Shown here in pieces: positions 61,598 to 64,000 of a stretch of 64,000 nt of DNA; the first letter of the stretch is position 1, and the number at the start of each line of letters is the position of its first letter. The position numbers and the translations under genes are program-made. This DNA is from Vulcanimicrobiota bacterium (lineage in GTDB: Bacteria; Vulcanimicrobiota; Vulcanimicrobiia; Vulcanimicrobiales; Vulcanimicrobiaceae): positions 736,001-800,000 of the forward strand of contig CAWETW010000001.1 in assembly GCA_963812155.1 (NCBI GenBank), read 5' to 3'. Below the pieces are notes generated by a model. That model was given only the letters and a program-made list of their open reading frames with translations, was not told the origin of the DNA and searched no databases.

Positions 61598-64000
61598 TTA
61601 GATCTTGATGTTCGCCGTGATGTAGAACTGGAACGGGGTCTTGGTCGAGTTTCCGTCTTGGTTGAACGGTCCGAATATCGGGCTATACGGATACTTCACG
61701 ACCGGTTGGATGATCGAACCGTTGTGGCCGGCCGGGTTGAACTGGTTGCCGACCGGGAAGATTTCGCTTCCGAAACCGCCCGTGCCGTATCCGCAGACGT
61801 TACCGTTGTCGGACGTCCACGGAGCCTTCGTTCCACCCCAGCAGGTGTTGACGAGGTTCGCCAGCGTTCCGACTACGGACAGACGCGGGCTGACGTCGTA
61901 CGTCAACTGCAGGTTCAAGCCGAAGAAGTTCGGCTGCGTGAACGATCCCAGCGGATCGAAGACGCCGGTGTACGTGTTCGGAACGGCGCCGATGGATCCG
62001 CAGGAGAGCGCATCGTAGCGACCGCCTCCGTTGAATCCGGCAACGCCGGGCAAAACCGCGCCGCAAGCGGCCGGATCGAAACCGGGATTCGATTGCGGAA
62101 CGCCGTACTTGCCGCCGCCCGCGAACTGCAGCGACGGCGTGATCGCCCACTTGTTTGTCTTATAGTTCAAGATGAGCGATGCGGCGTACGGCACACCGTA
62201 GGAGGCAGCAGCAGAGCCGATACCGCCCGGGAAGATGTCGAACGTCGGGAACGCGGTGTTGGGATCGATCAGCCCTTGCGGATTCTTCCAATACGGATTG
62301 CCGACGTCGGCCGCCGTACAGTTGTAGACCGCAATGCCGGCCGTCGTGTAGCACGGCGCCGCCGGCTGACCGTTGGTGGTCGTGCCGCAGAACGGAACGT
62401 GATTTGCGCCGACCTTGCCGACGTACTTACCGCCCGGCGCGCACGCCTGGGTGTACGCGTTGTAGGCAGCGATCTGCTGGTTCGTTCCGCCGATGACCGT
62501 CGTGCCGTAGAGACCCGACGGCAGTTCGCCGTAGTGGATGTAGGAGTTGGTGTATGCGAACGACAGTTGCGCGGCAAATCCGTTCCGCGAGAAGTCGCCG
62601 TCTTGGAACTGGAACTCGACGCCTTGGCTGCGCTGGTTACCCGCGTTGAGACCGGAAACGAATCCGGTCTTCTGATCCAAGAAGAAGTTCTGGATCTGAT
62701 TCTGCGTTTGGCGCAAGAACGGCGTCAGCTTGAACGACATCTCCGTTCCGTTGAAGTGGTGCTCCCACGAAACGTCGTAGTTGATCGAGGTTGGCGGCGA
62801 GATCGGATAGCCCGGTGACGTGCGGCCGAACTGATAGAAGTTCGCCGCGTCGTACGCCGCCAGGTTTTCTTGCAGCGTGTTGTACTGCTCGAATGCCGCG
62901 TTTGGCGCTTGAACGTAACGGCCGAACGAGAAACGAACGACGTTTCCGGGGTTGACCGTGTACGTGCCGCTGAGGCGCGGCTGCCAAATCGGGTAGGTAA
63001 AGTTCGCCGGTGTATTTTGCCAGTTGGCGTTATGGAACCCGGACGGACACGGTTGCGTCGGGTTGAGTCCCAACGATGCCTTGCTCGTCGGCTTTCCGCT
63101 GACGTCGTTGATGCAGTTATCGAGGTTGAACGCATTCGTCCAGAAGGCTCTGGGCTGACCGGTGTCGGTGTTCGACCCGATGAACGTGAACGTGTCGAGA
63201 CGCACGCCGGCGTTGATCAGCCACTTATCGCTCGGACGCCACTCGTCGAGCAGCGAGGCCGAGAAGAACTGCGGGACGACTTGGTTGTACGTGGCGTGCA
63301 AGCCGTTCTCCGTGACGATGTACTCACACGGAGCGCCGCCGCACGTCAAACCGCTGACGTCCGGCACGGTACCGGATTGAATGGTACCGAACCGTACGCC
63401 GGAGCCGTTACATGCGACCGGCGACGCCTTGTTGCCCGTCGACGTCGACGGCGGAGCTGCGTAGCAGAGACCGCCGTACGGGTTGGCCGAGCTCACCACC
63501 GCAGCGGCCGTTTCGCCGCCGACGGCGTAGAACGAGTTGTTGTCGCGGACACTGTTGGCCGTAACGTACGACGCCTGCGCGCTGATCAGGTTCTGCGCGT
63601 TGATCTGATTCTGATACTGCAGGCTCAGACCGCGCGTGTGAGACGTGAGTTCGTAGTCGGGCGAACAGCAGCCGGCGAAGTCTGCATACGTGGTCTGCGG
63701 ACCGTTCTGCAGCCAGTCACTGTAGTACGTGTAGCCGTAGAGGCGCAAGAACGAGGTCGAACCGAAGTTCTTCGTGTATTGCACCTTCACGATTTCTTGG
63801 TTGTTCCAGATCGTGTCGCTGGCGGTGTCGGGAATCGTCTGGAACGGAGCCGTACGGTTTTGGCTGTTCGGGAAATAGTACGGCTTGACGCAGTTCTTCA
63901 GACCGTTCAGCCCCGACGCAGAAAACGCGCCGCCGACCGCTCCTGGACAGCTCCACGTCACGCTGTCGATGTAGACCGGTGCGCCGAGCCCGATGTTATT
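61598..64000 (-). CDS. Large TonB-dependent receptor, C-terminal part (start beyond the window)
   Basis: DEWRPSDKWLINAGVRLD, QPRLSGTY, SFGRY, SQGVEF, terminal FYITANIKI strand. Confidence 0.85.
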   Translation of the reverse strand, partial: NNIGLGAPVYIDSVTWSCPGAVGGAFSASGLNGLKNCVKPYYFPNSQNRTAPFQTIPDTASDTIWNNQEIVKVQYTKNFGSTSFLRLYGYTYYSDWLQNGPQTTYADFAGCCSPDYELTSHTRGLSLQYQNQINAQNLISAQASYVTANSVRDNNSFYAVGGETAAAVVSSANPYGGLCYAAPPSTSTGNKASPVACNGSGVRFGTIQSGTVPDVSGLTCGGAPCEYIVTENGLHATYNQVVPQFFSASLLDEWRPSDKWLINAGVRLDTFTFIGSNTDTGQPRAFWTNAFNLDNCINDVSGKPTSKASLGLNPTQPCPSGFHNANWQNTPANFTYPIWQPRLSGTYTVNPGNVVRFSFGRYVQAPNAAFEQYNTLQENLAAYDAANFYQFGRTSPGYPISPPTSINYDVSWEHHFNGTEMSFKLTPFLRQTQNQIQNFFLDQKTGFVSGLNAGNQRSQGVEFQFQDGDFSRNGFAAQLSFAYTNSYIHYGELPSGLYGTTVIGGTNQQIAAYNAYTQACAPGGKYVGKVGANHVPFCGTTTNGQPAAPCYTTAGIAVYNCTAADVGNPYWKNPQGLIDPNTAFPTFDIFPGGIGSAAASYGVPYAASLILNYKTNKWAITPSLQFAGGGKYGVPQSNPGFDPAACGAVLPGVAGFNGGGRYDALSCGSIGAVPNTYTGVFDPLGSFTQPNFFGLNLQLTYDVSPRLSVVGTLANLVNTCWGGTKAPWTSDNGNVCGYGTGGFGSEIFPVGNQFNPAGHNGSIIQPVVKYPYSPIFGPFNQDGNSTKTPFQFYITANIKI

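Overview
High-GC bacterial chromosome segment with no integrase, transposase, CRISPR array or rRNA. Gene content points to a diderm Terrabacteria lineage, most plausibly Eremiobacterota/Vulcanimicrobiota (inference): spoVS and ymdB occur together with TonB-dependent receptors, an LPS heptose epimerase and about ten paralogous beta-propeller lipoproteins. The left half is accessory (GH63 glycosidase, peptidases, oxidoreductases, lipoprotein cluster, pseudogenes). The middle holds a hom-metX-metB operon, tRNA-Asn, ahcY-metK and dacB/PHP/spoVS/ymdB. The right half is a copper/envelope neighbourhood (CopC, CopD-cytochrome c fusion, TonB receptors, two SCO proteins, TlpA, ECF sigma/anti-sigma/RseB). 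Two candidate translation-coupled regulators stand out. (1) A leaderless 28-aa Met-rich leader peptide (6 Met, 2 Cys; 27932-28018) with protector, antiterminator and terminator pairings precedes the methionine operon, suggesting a ribosome-mediated methionine attenuator. (2) A His-containing membrane leader protein ends in RPPP, and those codons base-pair with the Shine-Dalgarno of the downstream copper operon (49204-49278), suggesting an arrest-peptide switch. Two lipoprotein genes are each bracketed by their own direct repeat. Seven genes, including ahcY, carry a single +1 frameshift that is most likely sequencing error. All product calls come from motif recognition; no searches were run.
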